Below, piece by piece: positions 27,387 to 37,800 of a DNA stretch of 56,048 nucleotides. The notes below the pieces were generated by a model, which saw nothing but the letters and a program-made list of their open reading frames with translations, was not told the origin of the DNA and searched no databases. Within the stretch, counting starts at the first letter, position 1, and each line of letters opens with the position of its first letter. Made by a program: the position numbers and the translations under genes. The stretch comes from a virus (Duplodnaviria; Caudoviricetes), in IMG/VR virus record IMGVR_UViG_3300020193_000026, positions 1 through 56,048 of that record; one strand, written 5' to 3'.

Positions 27387-27397
27387 CTGGAGACCCG

Positions 27398-28060
27398 ATG
27401 GCCGATCCAACCTTCCAAGAGAGCATCTTTTCCCCGTCATATAATTCGTATGCAGGTACGGATATCCGCGCAATGATATCCATGCCAGCGGCAAACGGCC
27501 TAGATCCTATCCTCAAGGTCTTGCCCAATCTACAAACGATTTCGTACAGCATCTTTCGCGAGAAATATCCGGTACGCGCTCTTGGTCATGTTGGCGAAAA
27601 GGGGCGCACACGAGGAACTCGTACCATCGCCGGGTCGATGGTTTTCACCGTCTTCGACCGACACGTCCTCTTCGATATGTTGCGAAGAAGTCCAGGGGAC
27701 ATGAATACGAATGCAGTCTCGGCTGCCAGCCTCGCCGATCTTTCTTATGTGATGGTAGATCAGCTTCCGCAATTTGATATCATTATTCACTTTGCTAATG
27801 AGTATGGTCACGCCTCTGAGTTGGTAATCTTCGGGGCCGAAATTTCTGCTGAAGGCCAGGTCATGTCTGTTGAAGATCTTATTACAGAGAACACGGTCCA
27901 GTATACGGCCACCCATATGGCACTTATGCGCCCAGGTGGTTACTTCTCTGCCCAACAGTCACCTACGGAATTCAACGATAACTTCACATCTCTTATGAAC
28001 AAAGAAGCTTCACCAGCAATGGAAGCGCTTATTCGTAAGACTCGTAATCCTTACAGGTAA
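27398..28060 (+). CDS. Tail tube paralogue (probable tube initiator)
   Basis: Start moved to ATG 27398 (GGAG RBS), because the TTG at 27344 runs through the terminator. Aligns by eye with the tube along its length (LQTISYS.REK, RG.R.IAGS.VF..FDRH, FDI...ANEYG). Confidence 0.75.
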   Translation: MADPTFQESIFSPSYNSYAGTDIRAMISMPAANGLDPILKVLPNLQTISYSIFREKYPVRALGHVGEKGRTRGTRTIAGSMVFTVFDRHVLFDMLRRSPGDMNTNAVSAASLADLSYVMVDQLPQFDIIIHFANEYGHASELVIFGAEISAEGQVMSVEDLITENTVQYTATHMALMRPGGYFSAQQSPTEFNDNFTSLMNKEASPAMEALIRKTRNPYR

Positions 28061-28065
28061 GACAG

Positions 28066-29340
28066 ATGGCAGACAGACATGGCGAAACATTTAGCTTAAG
28101 TCAGGTCGATTGGGACAGGCTGACCCCACAACAGAGAAATCAGGTAAGATCTGCGAAGACTCTATCAATGGCCAGGATGATTGCATCTGCTGCGGCACAA
28201 AATAATAGGGCCGTAGACGCAGCCAGAGCCCAAGGTGTTACAAATGGATACTATGAGGCTACTGTCTCAAACGGAAACGTTTCAGATGTAGTTGCCAGAA
28301 ACATTACTCCAGACGAGACAGTAAGTCGTTCAAACCCTCGAAGGCCAACCCCAGAAGCATCTACAACCCCCACCCCCACCAATCCAGCCCCGCCTCCTAG
28401 AACCATAAGCAGAGACAGTTCAGCACGGTTGTCCGCTGAACAGCAAACACAGGTAGACGCGGTCCTGGCCGCCGTGGACCAAAGCCTCACCCTCCCTTCG
28501 TCGTCCCTAGAAGACTTCGCAGTCACAAGCAAGGCGATAGAAAACATCTCCTCGAGAAGCAACCTAAGAGGAGCACAGTCTTTCGAGGAATGGCAGGCTC
28601 AAGAAGAGCGTGAGCGCCAAGAGGAAGTCGAAAGGCTAAGCAAGAGAGCTGCAGCCGCATACGTCCCACAATACTATAGCGGCACACAGGCTCAAATCTA
28701 TTTTGACGATGTCCTTGTTGACGAGATTGTCCAGATCCAATACGCAACAGCAACTAACAAGATGCCAATCTACGGGTATGCGTCAGAGCTATTCGATACA
28801 GTGGCTAGTGGGAATCTGCTTGTTCAGGGGAGCTTTGTGATCAACTTCATCGAGGCAGGGTATTTGGCGATTATTGCTGCGGCGATGCTTGAAAGGAAGT
28901 TCGGGGCCAATGCCATTGGACGAAGGTCGGAGCGTCGCTGGGTTGACGCCAAACGAAGAGGCGCACTAAACTCAAGACTGGAAGTGACGACAAGACCCAC
29001 AAGCATTCTCACCCCTGGTTCTTATCTAAGTAATCAAGCAATCAACCAAGTACGCGGACTTGGGAACAAGGAGTTTAGAGAGCTAGCAAGAGAACTAAAC
29101 ATCAACAAATTGAGCAAATCAAATCAATACTCCGGAACCCCAGAGGGATACGCCTCCAGGTTTGACTTAATGGCCCCATTCGACATATATCTTGTTCTCG
29201 GAGATTATACAGACCCAAATGCAGACCATACAGTCCGTAAACTAAAGAATGTCCACTTGACAGGACAATCACAAACAATTATATCTAGTGGTGAGCCTGT
29301 GGGCGAGGTCTATAATTTTATAGCAAGGACAATTGAATAA
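28066..29340 (+). CDS. Diverged tube-fold protein with an N-terminal extension
   Basis: C-terminal half YYSGTQAQIYFDD..IQY....KMPIYGY..LVQGSFVINF..PFDI resembles the tube; Pro/Thr-rich linker in the N-terminal half. Confidence 0.6.
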   Translation: MADRHGETFSLSQVDWDRLTPQQRNQVRSAKTLSMARMIASAAAQNNRAVDAARAQGVTNGYYEATVSNGNVSDVVARNITPDETVSRSNPRRPTPEASTTPTPTNPAPPPRTISRDSSARLSAEQQTQVDAVLAAVDQSLTLPSSSLEDFAVTSKAIENISSRSNLRGAQSFEEWQAQEERERQEEVERLSKRAAAAYVPQYYSGTQAQIYFDDVLVDEIVQIQYATATNKMPIYGYASELFDTVASGNLLVQGSFVINFIEAGYLAIIAAAMLERKFGANAIGRRSERRWVDAKRRGALNSRLEVTTRPTSILTPGSYLSNQAINQVRGLGNKEFRELARELNINKLSKSNQYSGTPEGYASRFDLMAPFDIYLVLGDYTDPNADHTVRKLKNVHLTGQSQTIISSGEPVGEVYNFIARTIE

Positions 29341-29349
29341 AGGATACCA

Positions 29350-29838
29350 ATGAAAGTAACACAAAAGACAGCAGTAAACGAGTTTCTAGAAGTAGACGAA
29401 CCGGAAGTGAAGACGGAAGTTCCCGAAGAAGAGGAAGAAATCCTTGACCCATTGGATGCAATGGCTAGGCAGTTCCCAGATGCTCCGCCAAGAAAGATGG
29501 TAGAAGGTTGGAAGGAGCTATATGGAGACGTCTACGCCTTCGTCCCGGATCCCACATCTCTATATCTTTTGAGGCCACTCCGCCGTATTGAGCACAAGAA
29601 CATCGCCAAGGAGATAAGAGCCTTCTCTGATGGCCCAACAGCAAGAGAAGATCCTGCCCTGGTCGAAGAGATGATGCACGAGAAAGTTGTTATGCTTTGT
29701 CTGTTGCATCCCAGCGCGTCACCAACATTCCTTACAATGAGCAAGGCCGGATTGATGCCAACTCTGTTCAACCTCGTGATGGAGCACTCAAAGTTCCTCT
29801 CACAGCAGAAGGCATTGGAAGTTTGCTACAGACTCTAA
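29350..29838 (+). CDS. Putative tail assembly chaperone
   Basis: WKELYGDVY..YLLRPLRR.E..CLLHP..AGLMPTL; lies between tube and tape-measure genes. Confidence 0.65.
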   Translation: MKVTQKTAVNEFLEVDEPEVKTEVPEEEEEILDPLDAMARQFPDAPPRKMVEGWKELYGDVYAFVPDPTSLYLLRPLRRIEHKNIAKEIRAFSDGPTAREDPALVEEMMHEKVVMLCLLHPSASPTFLTMSKAGLMPTLFNLVMEHSKFLSQQKALEVCYRL

Positions 29839-29848
29839 GGAGAAACAA

Positions 29849-30097
29849 ATGAATCCCGATAGGAGATTTGTAAGAGCCTACAGAGGCTTTAAATGGACAG
29901 AAAAAATCTCATTCGAATGCCTTGGAGAGGGAGACGTGTTCTGCCTCTTTGAGGCAGACGGAGAGCAGGTTACGGGAGAAAAGGCCGGTAAGACCTTCAG
30001 GGTCTTTAGAGCCACAAGCTCTCCTCGCAAGGTAAGCGGTGTCTGGAGTATTGACACAGAGGTATATACTGGAACTGTCCCAGAGATCAGACAATGA
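29849..30097 (+). CDS. Small hypothetical protein
   Basis: 82 aa with a strong AAGGAG RBS; sits between the two chaperone-like genes. Confidence 0.6.
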   Translation: MNPDRRFVRAYRGFKWTEKISFECLGEGDVFCLFEADGEQVTGEKAGKTFRVFRATSSPRKVSGVWSIDTEVYTGTVPEIRQ

Positions 30098-30187
30098 GTC
30101 AATCAACTATCCCAACTGAAGGGCAGGTAAAGAAGACGACAAGAGACGTCCCTATCAGACGCTGACCAACACTGAGGTTCTCTCAGA

Positions 30188-30919
30188 ATGCATTATTTAA
30201 CAAGCAAGGTAGCGAATTCGTCGCTATACCAAACTCTATTCGACGATGGCTACGTTGTTTGGACTCCCCTCCCCTGGTCAGAGTACAAAAAGCTTCGTGA
30301 AGCGCGCCTCATAAGAGGCGCCAGCCTAGACATCGACCTAGAAGAATTCGTATACAACAAGTGTGTCATCTTCTCCTCTTATGACGAGGAACCTCCAGCC
30401 GAATTAGAGTTAGAGGAGAAGATGCTTTTTATCGAAGATAGCCGCTTGGACCAGCCCGCTGGCGTAGTCGCAACGGTTGTCAAGTCCATCTTATATTTCT
30501 CTGGGGCCCTTAAAGCTGAGAATATCATTCAGCAATTAGATGCCCAGCGCGGAATTATAGACAACATAGAGGACCAACTAGTGGTCGCTATATGTCGAGC
30601 CTTTCCTTCCTATACGCCCGAGGATATAGAGAAGATGGAGTGGCAGACAGTTTTGAAGAGAGCCGCTCAGGCTGAAGCCACATTAATGGGCCGCATGATT
30701 GAACCTCCTTTCCGAATAGTTACTGAAGAGGATGTTGAGAGAGAGAAGCGTAAGCATAAGATCGACATTCAAAAGGAGATCAAGGAGATGACCAGAGAGC
30801 TGCAGGGCTTCGAGGACCCTCGTCAACTCCAAAAAGAAGCTGATCTTGCAAGGCAGGAGAGGCAATACGAGCAAGCCCAGCTGCGACAAGAATTCTTTAG
30901 GCAGAGAGGGATTAAGTAA
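30188..30919 (+). CDS. Second putative tail assembly chaperone
   Basis: VVWTPLPWSEY..KCVI..PAGVVATVV parallels the first chaperone; SYTPEDIEKMEW segment; abuts the tape-measure-like gene. Confidence 0.55.
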   Translation: MHYLTSKVANSSLYQTLFDDGYVVWTPLPWSEYKKLREARLIRGASLDIDLEEFVYNKCVIFSSYDEEPPAELELEEKMLFIEDSRLDQPAGVVATVVKSILYFSGALKAENIIQQLDAQRGIIDNIEDQLVVAICRAFPSYTPEDIEKMEWQTVLKRAAQAEATLMGRMIEPPFRIVTEEDVEREKRKHKIDIQKEIKEMTRELQGFEDPRQLQKEADLARQERQYEQAQLRQEFFRQRGIK

Positions 30920-33900
30920 ATGCCTAAAGACACCCCTATTCCAGGAGTCGATCGTCGTCCATATATTGAAGTCACCGACCACAAACAGGCCGACTACAAT
31001 AGATGGAGTAATGCGCTCAAATACGCTGCTTTCGGTTCTATCGCAATAGTGGGTGTCCGCTGGAGTTCAACTGCCATCAAATTTCAGATAGATCCTGCGA
31101 AGTTCAGATATCTGTCTGACGGTCTCAATAAACCCGGGGTGACCCCCTGGTATGAGGTTCGAGGAAAGACGCTTGATCCCGTAACAGGCAAGATCGAAGC
31201 CACACTTGGCGATGTCTTTCTGGAGCTGACCAAACGTGCTGAGGAAATCGCTGGCGGCATCCCTCGTACATTCGACGTTCATAGCTTCCTCAGTCGACGA
31301 ATTACAACAACGCCCACTTCAAGTCTCCGCATTAATAAAGAGCACCTAGAAGGGGCAGAGAGCCACTACCAGGCCCTCTTGGGCAGGAAGTTGACTCCAG
31401 AGGAGTCCGTCTTTGGATTTCAGGTCGGACCTTTTTCAAAGGACGACCTCGAGGCATATGTCAGGGCCCGCGCATCAAGAGAATCTTTAACGCTCTCAGA
31501 TGCCGAGGTGATGAAAGAAGTTGACGAGATGATTGCCGAGGGGCGCGCCGCTCCAGGAAAAGCCCCGGGCATGTTCTCCGTCCATCCCGACGGAACACTC
31601 AAAGAGCTAGTGGTCCCAGATGTTAAAATTGCAGAGCGTTTGTGGAATCCAGATGGACCTATCGATCCATCTACTGGGCTTCCGAAGTACAGACACGTAA
31701 TGAGAAGCACGGACGTTCTTACGGAGTCGATGGGCGGGAAACCGATCAGTCACACGAATGAACTCCCGTACATAGTATACAAAACGCCCGAATCAACCAA
31801 GCTTACAGGTACAACAAGGGAGCTTGTAGAGGCCTTCATTGACCCAAAGATCATAGAAGGTGCAGCCGATAAGGTAATGGGAAACACAGCCAGGGCTGTC
31901 GCTCAGGAGGGAGAGGTCTTTGCCAAGAAGATGTCAGAGAGATATCTTCGTATGTTGGATCAACCATTAGAGGCCATTGAAGACCTATTCAACAAGCAAG
32001 ATCTGTTTGCTGGGGTCCGTAAGACGAAGAGCTATTCTTTCTTGAAGAACCTATTCGGTACGGGCGGCGACTACTCAGGCACGACGATGGATCTGTGGGG
32101 AAAGCACTTAAAGCGCATCGCCCCACTAGCACTTGGCCTAACAGCTGCATATGAGCTAGGCAGCCGAGTCACAGAACTTGTCGCAGATAAGTCACTGGCT
32201 CAGGTCGGGGGCTCTGCGATAGGGGCGACACAAAGGATCTATGCGAGCATCTCCGACAAACTCGGGCTAACGACACTTAACAAAGCCCAGGAGCGAGAGG
32301 CAGAGGGGTCCCATAGATTACTTGGGGTGTTAGCGTTCCCAATGGCTGGTGCTTTGACCGGCGCCACTGTCGCCTCTTTTATGAATCCGGTTGTTGCTGA
32401 TGCAGGAAAGACCGGCTGGTTAACGGCAAGAGAGGCAGTCCATGAACTCCCAGACTCTTTAGGGGCCCTCAAGAAAGATCTCCCCATAGTCGGGGACCTA
32501 AGTAAGCCGATGACTCGAGCCAAGAAGTTTGCGGTTATCGGGGCTGCGATTGGAGGAGCTCTGAGTCTTCCGTTCTTGCTTGGATCCTTGGGATCTAACA
32601 AGACCTATGACGAGACGGTCGCAGAGCAGCGTGGGGAGACTGAGGTCGCGGTGCGCAAGGGTGCATTCTGGGAAATGGGTCGTACAGACATCGAAGGAGA
32701 GCAGACCCAATACTACCGTCCAAATTGGTTCGCGCGTCTTATGGATGCCCCAGCGGATGAGTTGCAGTTTGGCGACTACGCAGACAAGCCTTTTACTAGA
32801 TTACTGAAAGGGGTTATAGACCCATACTGGAGAGAAAAGGAACTCTACTATCAGCGCCCCTATCCGATCACAGGACCTGACACGAGTGGGTTCGGTCCAT
32901 TGGGGACCCTCTGGGGCATGACCATCGGACGCGTTATTAAGCCGCCGAAGATTATGCATGCGGACGAAGTCTCTCCAGGCGGTCGCGAAGGTGTATCCGC
33001 TGGAGAAACCGTCCAGTTTGGGAGAAACGTTTCTGAGGCCCCTAGCGAGGCATTAGGGGGCATTGGAGCCCAGGCTGTTGGCTCACCATACGACCAGTCG
33101 TTTCTTGCCGGGGAAATGGCCTACAAGGCCACGGAAGCCTCTGGCTTGCCAGGTTTCGTCTTCTCTGCTGTGAAGAAGGCGATAACCGGAACCGGTGACT
33201 TTGGAGTCGACGACCCGGTCTTAGCAAGCTTTGCTGATGTTGGATCGATGCGAGATAGGTTCTGGGACTCAAATGTTGGCGGTGGCTTTACAACGACAGA
33301 GGCACTCAGGCGCTTCATCCCGAAAGAACGATTCCAATTGGAGAAGGTGAACCCAATCCGCAATGAGATGCCATCGTGGATGCCTGGTCCGGGAGGCTAC
33401 GTTGATTTTACCCACGGAGATCCGTACCAAGCAATTCCGGAGGGTGAGTATCGCTTGCCGGGGAGTGGTTATGAATCCCGATTTAAGGAGCTTGCCGGTG
33501 TAAATCCTGAGGATTATCCCGACATTCATAAGTACAGGATCCTAGGAGACGTCGCCCCTTACTCTCAAGAGTTCAAGGATATCTCTCGAAAGGTTGAAAG
33601 TCTTGCACAGTCGAATCGTCTTTCTGAGAAAGACAGGACTCTGTATGAAGGAACGAAAGCAGAATTCCGAGAAAGAGAGGACAAGGTCAAGACCAGAGAA
33701 GACCCCGACTCCTTCGTCGGAAAGTATTGGGCAGCCATTACGAAAGCGGGAAGGATGAACCCCGTCGAACACCTTCTCCCCATCTCCCCTGTTCACAAGT
33801 TTGCCGGTTCAGTAGATATGATAACAGAGTACGAGGACCGGAACCTTTACAGCACAAGATCCCCAGGATGGGACAGCCCGATAGAGGATTTTGTCAAACC

Positions 33901-34828
33901 CGCATTGTACAATGCTGCTCACATCTTTGGCTATGAAGGGGTGCCAGCCAGCGTCCAGGAGAAGAGAGACCTCACCGAGTATTTCGATAAGCTAGAGTAC
34001 ATGAAGTACAAGCGCCTTGAAGCCAACGCAAGAGGACAGGGGGAGGGTAGAGCGGCGTTCGCTTTTGCCAGAAAGGCCGAGTACACAATGTTCGGCGCAG
34101 ATCCATATACGGACATGGACACGGTTAAGAAGATACTCCCTCGAGAAGAGCTCCCATTCTTTGAGAAGTTTGTCAGTGCAGACTCCCCAGAAGAGAAAGG
34201 GCGAATCCTCGAGATGGTCCCTCGCTACACTCGAAAGTTTTATACCGCTCAATGGCAAAAGCAGATCTATGCAGGCTTAGCCGCCAAAGGGGACCTGACA
34301 TCTGATGAGCAGTCAGCAGTTATGGCGATTGAGGCATCTAGGGCGACAGAAGGAGAGGCGACGAACACGAACACATGGAACGAGTATATTGGTAAAGTAG
34401 AAGGGGGAAAGGTTAGAAGCAATACGTTCCCCGACTACATAAGAGCGAAGAGGCTGGAGTCTTACTTTGACGAATCGCCGTTCGACGCACCAAAGGCCGA
34501 CTGGATTGGCTATCACCCTGGGGTGGCAATGGATGACGTGAAGCTGAAGGTTGTTCAGGCTCAGGGGCTCGACTATCACGACTTTGATCTGTGGGAAAAC
34601 GATGAGCGCATGGCCGCAAGGAAGCCATATTTGGACGAAGCCGCCAACGACCTAATGAGTCCATCGATTATGCGAGAGGACATTTTGCAGTCATTGACTG
34701 CACTGAGGCTTAACGATTTAAATGTGGAAATTGTTCCAACAACAGGAGATCAAACAAGAATCACTCTTGACGTTGGGACAAACAGAAGGAAAGAACTAGA
34801 CAGGGAAATGAAGAGGTATAATAGGTAA
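30920..34828 (+). CDS. Tape-measure-like protein
   Basis: 1302 aa directly after the chaperones. Several hydrophobic Gly/Ala helices (LLGVLAFPMAGALTGATVA; FAVIGAAIGGALSLPFLLG) and an aromatic motif VRKGAFWEMG..YYRPNWF. Confidence 0.6.
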   Translation: MPKDTPIPGVDRRPYIEVTDHKQADYNRWSNALKYAAFGSIAIVGVRWSSTAIKFQIDPAKFRYLSDGLNKPGVTPWYEVRGKTLDPVTGKIEATLGDVFLELTKRAEEIAGGIPRTFDVHSFLSRRITTTPTSSLRINKEHLEGAESHYQALLGRKLTPEESVFGFQVGPFSKDDLEAYVRARASRESLTLSDAEVMKEVDEMIAEGRAAPGKAPGMFSVHPDGTLKELVVPDVKIAERLWNPDGPIDPSTGLPKYRHVMRSTDVLTESMGGKPISHTNELPYIVYKTPESTKLTGTTRELVEAFIDPKIIEGAADKVMGNTARAVAQEGEVFAKKMSERYLRMLDQPLEAIEDLFNKQDLFAGVRKTKSYSFLKNLFGTGGDYSGTTMDLWGKHLKRIAPLALGLTAAYELGSRVTELVADKSLAQVGGSAIGATQRIYASISDKLGLTTLNKAQEREAEGSHRLLGVLAFPMAGALTGATVASFMNPVVADAGKTGWLTAREAVHELPDSLGALKKDLPIVGDLSKPMTRAKKFAVIGAAIGGALSLPFLLGSLGSNKTYDETVAEQRGETEVAVRKGAFWEMGRTDIEGEQTQYYRPNWFARLMDAPADELQFGDYADKPFTRLLKGVIDPYWREKELYYQRPYPITGPDTSGFGPLGTLWGMTIGRVIKPPKIMHADEVSPGGREGVSAGETVQFGRNVSEAPSEALGGIGAQAVGSPYDQSFLAGEMAYKATEASGLPGFVFSAVKKAITGTGDFGVDDPVLASFADVGSMRDRFWDSNVGGGFTTTEALRRFIPKERFQLEKVNPIRNEMPSWMPGPGGYVDFTHGDPYQAIPEGEYRLPGSGYESRFKELAGVNPEDYPDIHKYRILGDVAPYSQEFKDISRKVESLAQSNRLSEKDRTLYEGTKAEFREREDKVKTREDPDSFVGKYWAAITKAGRMNPVEHLLPISPVHKFAGSVDMITEYEDRNLYSTRSPGWDSPIEDFVKPALYNAAHIFGYEGVPASVQEKRDLTEYFDKLEYMKYKRLEANARGQGEGRAAFAFARKAEYTMFGADPYTDMDTVKKILPREELPFFEKFVSADSPEEKGRILEMVPRYTRKFYTAQWQKQIYAGLAAKGDLTSDEQSAVMAIEASRATEGEATNTNTWNEYIGKVEGGKVRSNTFPDYIRAKRLESYFDESPFDAPKADWIGYHPGVAMDDVKLKVVQAQGLDYHDFDLWENDERMAARKPYLDEAANDLMSPSIMREDILQSLTALRLNDLNVEIVPTTGDQTRITLDVGTNRRKELDREMKRYNR

Positions 34829-37800
34829 TGGGAGACTTTTTTGGTGATTATGTAGCACCCGGAATACTCTTGACAGGTGCAGGCGTAACAGCATACCGCA
34901 CATACAAAGATATCTCTGCGAAGGGAACCATGACCGCACCATGGCGTATCCAGAAGCAGTCATCAGCCCTCTATTCAAAGATCAAAGGACTGCACGAAAA
35001 CAGGTATAGGCCAACTGCAGCCTCTATCGCAGAACTATTCTTTCCAGATTTTATCAATATCTTTCCTGGGTCTACCCCAGAGACCCGCACGGCCGGGCAG
35101 GAGATGATGGGGAGGATCCGATCATCCGCCGTCAGCGGACTTATATCCAACCATCAGCTCAAAGCAAGAGCAATTGAGCTGGGTATCACACCAGAAACAA
35201 TGGGCGGACTTACTCCTGACAAGATTGCAGCCCTACTCGGGGCCACTCCTGACAACCCATATGGGATCGATGCATATAGAGAGTATCTGTCAAGAGTCGC
35301 CAGAACCAACGACCTCGGAAGGCTAAAGACAGGGGGTGAAGGGGCTCTTAAGTCTTTAGTCGAAGCTAACCAGAGTGTTGCAAGAAATAGTGGTCTTGGA
35401 GAGACACTGAGTGCCATGAAGTCGAAGGGGGCGTTTTCTGGAAGCTCGACCAAGGCTGGTTTCGAGAACGTCCAGTATACTCAGCGAAAGCTCATGGCAG
35501 GGCTGCCAGGTCGGGACGACCTTGTCATGAAGGTTCATCAGGTCTATGAACGGGTCCGGGCACTTGCTGCTGAGAATCCTAAGGCAGGGCTCTCAATGAG
35601 CCTAACAACCTTACAAGAAGCCGGAGAAACAATCTATACAGGATATACGATTAGATCTGGGAAGAAGGTTTTGTCCCTTCCCTTCGAGAACGCAAATGGG
35701 ATAGTTCGGACAGGGCCGGGAGGCAGAACTCGAAGTGTGGCAAAGTGGGCGCTCGCCGAGAATATTGAAAGCATCCTTGGGACATTCACTGATGTTAGTC
35801 AGATCGCTCGCCGGGCAGATGTTGCCATCACGGACTACATGCTGAATGGAGGCTTACAAGATTTCGTAAAGGGGACACTATCAAACAGCCACCTGACTAA
35901 GCAGCTGTGGAGTAAGAACAAGGATGATCTAGGAAAACTCTTTGTTCCTACTGTTGCTAACGAAGCATCAGTCCGCCGTCAGCGAGGGATCTTGTCAACA
36001 GCTCGCTCTGCTGTAAACCCCGCACTCTCCCCTGCCCAGATCGAAGTCCTCAAGAGACGACTGATAGACATTGGGCACCCGGCTGTTGCGGGGCTGAGCG
36101 CTAATCAAGTTACGGGTGGTAATATATTTATTGGGGACTATGTTTACGGCTCGTCTCCGATTGGACCAAGTTCAGACGCCAAGGCTGTGGCGCAGAGCAT
36201 GAGAGAAGGCGTCTTCTCCGGGCTCGGAAGTAAGAATCGCAGCACCCCGGCAATTTTTGGCAAAAAGCAGAAAGCGATGGGGGACATAAGAGCCAGGCTC
36301 AGAGTTATGTCTGTCCCCGAGTCTGTGGCTAATGCTTTCTTATCTCTGGCAGGAAGAGCAGATGTCCACCTGCACGAAGACGAGCTGATGCTACTGGACA
36401 ACAATCTTCCATACACAAAGTTCCATTCAACAGGAACCATCGGCGAGAATGCGGTCATGTCCGAGAAGATCGCCAAGATAGGAAAAGCAGAGACCCCACA
36501 GATGCAACGGCTTCAGACGATGCTGCGCACAGGCCTCACCGCAGACGGGATTGGTTGGTTGGAAGCGGAAAGAGAGGGATTGATACAGCTTGCCAATTCT
36601 CCGGGAATAGACGATGCCAAGAGGATCGCATACATTGACGAGGCACACGGCATCAATGAGATGCTTGAGACGATCCGGTTTAAGCCGGGAGAGTTTATTG
36701 GAATGACAGAAGACGGGGTTATGCTCAATGTTCCGAGCAATGCTGGCACTTACACAATCAGGAGTATGACTGATGATGGGGTTAAAGGGCTAAAGCTTGA
36801 GGCACTAATCGACAGAAAGCTCGGTCTTGGGGACAAGGTCTTCGGCACGAAGGGCATTATCAAGGAGGAGGCAGCAGCCCGTTTTGGTCATAAGATGGGG
36901 GCTATGTGGGAGTATCTAAGAGAGACCCCTGAGATGATTGAGGCTCTGGAGAAGGGGGACCACGAGAAGATGAAGGGGGTACTGGAGCCGACCTATAAAC
37001 AGATTGTGGCTGCTGAAAAGGCCGCTCTTGGGAGGGGTGAGGACCTGCCTGACCTCTGGAAGGTTATCGACAGTGAACAGTGGCGGGCGGCTACAAGAGA
37101 GACGCGCGGGGCTCAACTCCTGTCGGTACAGGGGACAAAGAAGATCGGTGATGCGAACATGGGGGCACTAGTCCAAGGGCTAATGGAAGAGCTACACGCT
37201 GAACTCCCTGGCATAGGTAAGGCCGGGGTGGAGCTACTCGACAAGGCTCGTTGGCGAGACACGACCTTGGACGAGTTTCTTCAAATGTCCCCAGAAGATC
37301 AGCTCGTTCGCAAGAGCCAAATAGAAGCACTGCAGACTTCGAAAGCGCTTGGTCTCGAGGAAAAAGAATTTGCCTCTTTAACAAAGCGAAGAGAGGGGAT
37401 ACTGAGCCTGGGCTTTGACGACAGCAACGGCGCCGTCACTATCATCGACGATGGCTCCCATAAGATGACAGACAGATTTGACAAGGTTGTAGAACTAACG
37501 GTCCAGTCCCCGGGACGACGAGGGAGGTGGAGCTCTGAGAGATTTTGGGTGGACCTGGAAAATAACAAGGACTTCTTCAGTACTTTGCCAGAGACATTCA
37601 GACAGGAAGTTGGGTCCTTGTCGGGGATCAAGGATAAGAGAGTCCGGATGGGAAAGTCGATCCGTCTATACAAAGAAGCGATGGAAAGCGGACTTTTTGC
37701 AACCGAGACTGGCCGCAAGGCACGCATTGCCGCTCTCGAACCACAGCTTCAGTTTGGGGCTTTGAACAGAGACGTGACTCCGCACGGCAGTCCAATCCTT

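Noticed and set aside
27344-27397. N-terminal extension of the tube paralogue from TTG 27344
   Set aside because: It runs through the terminator hairpin; ATG 27398 has an RBS and matches the tube alignment.
28340-28400. C-rich low-complexity tract (ACCCCC repeats)
   Set aside because: Explained by a Pro/Thr linker (PTPEASTTPTPTNPAPPP) in the encoded protein.
29780-29850. Programmed frameshift at the end of the first tail chaperone
   Set aside because: No XXXYYYZ slippery sequence is visible, and the next gene has its own strong RBS.
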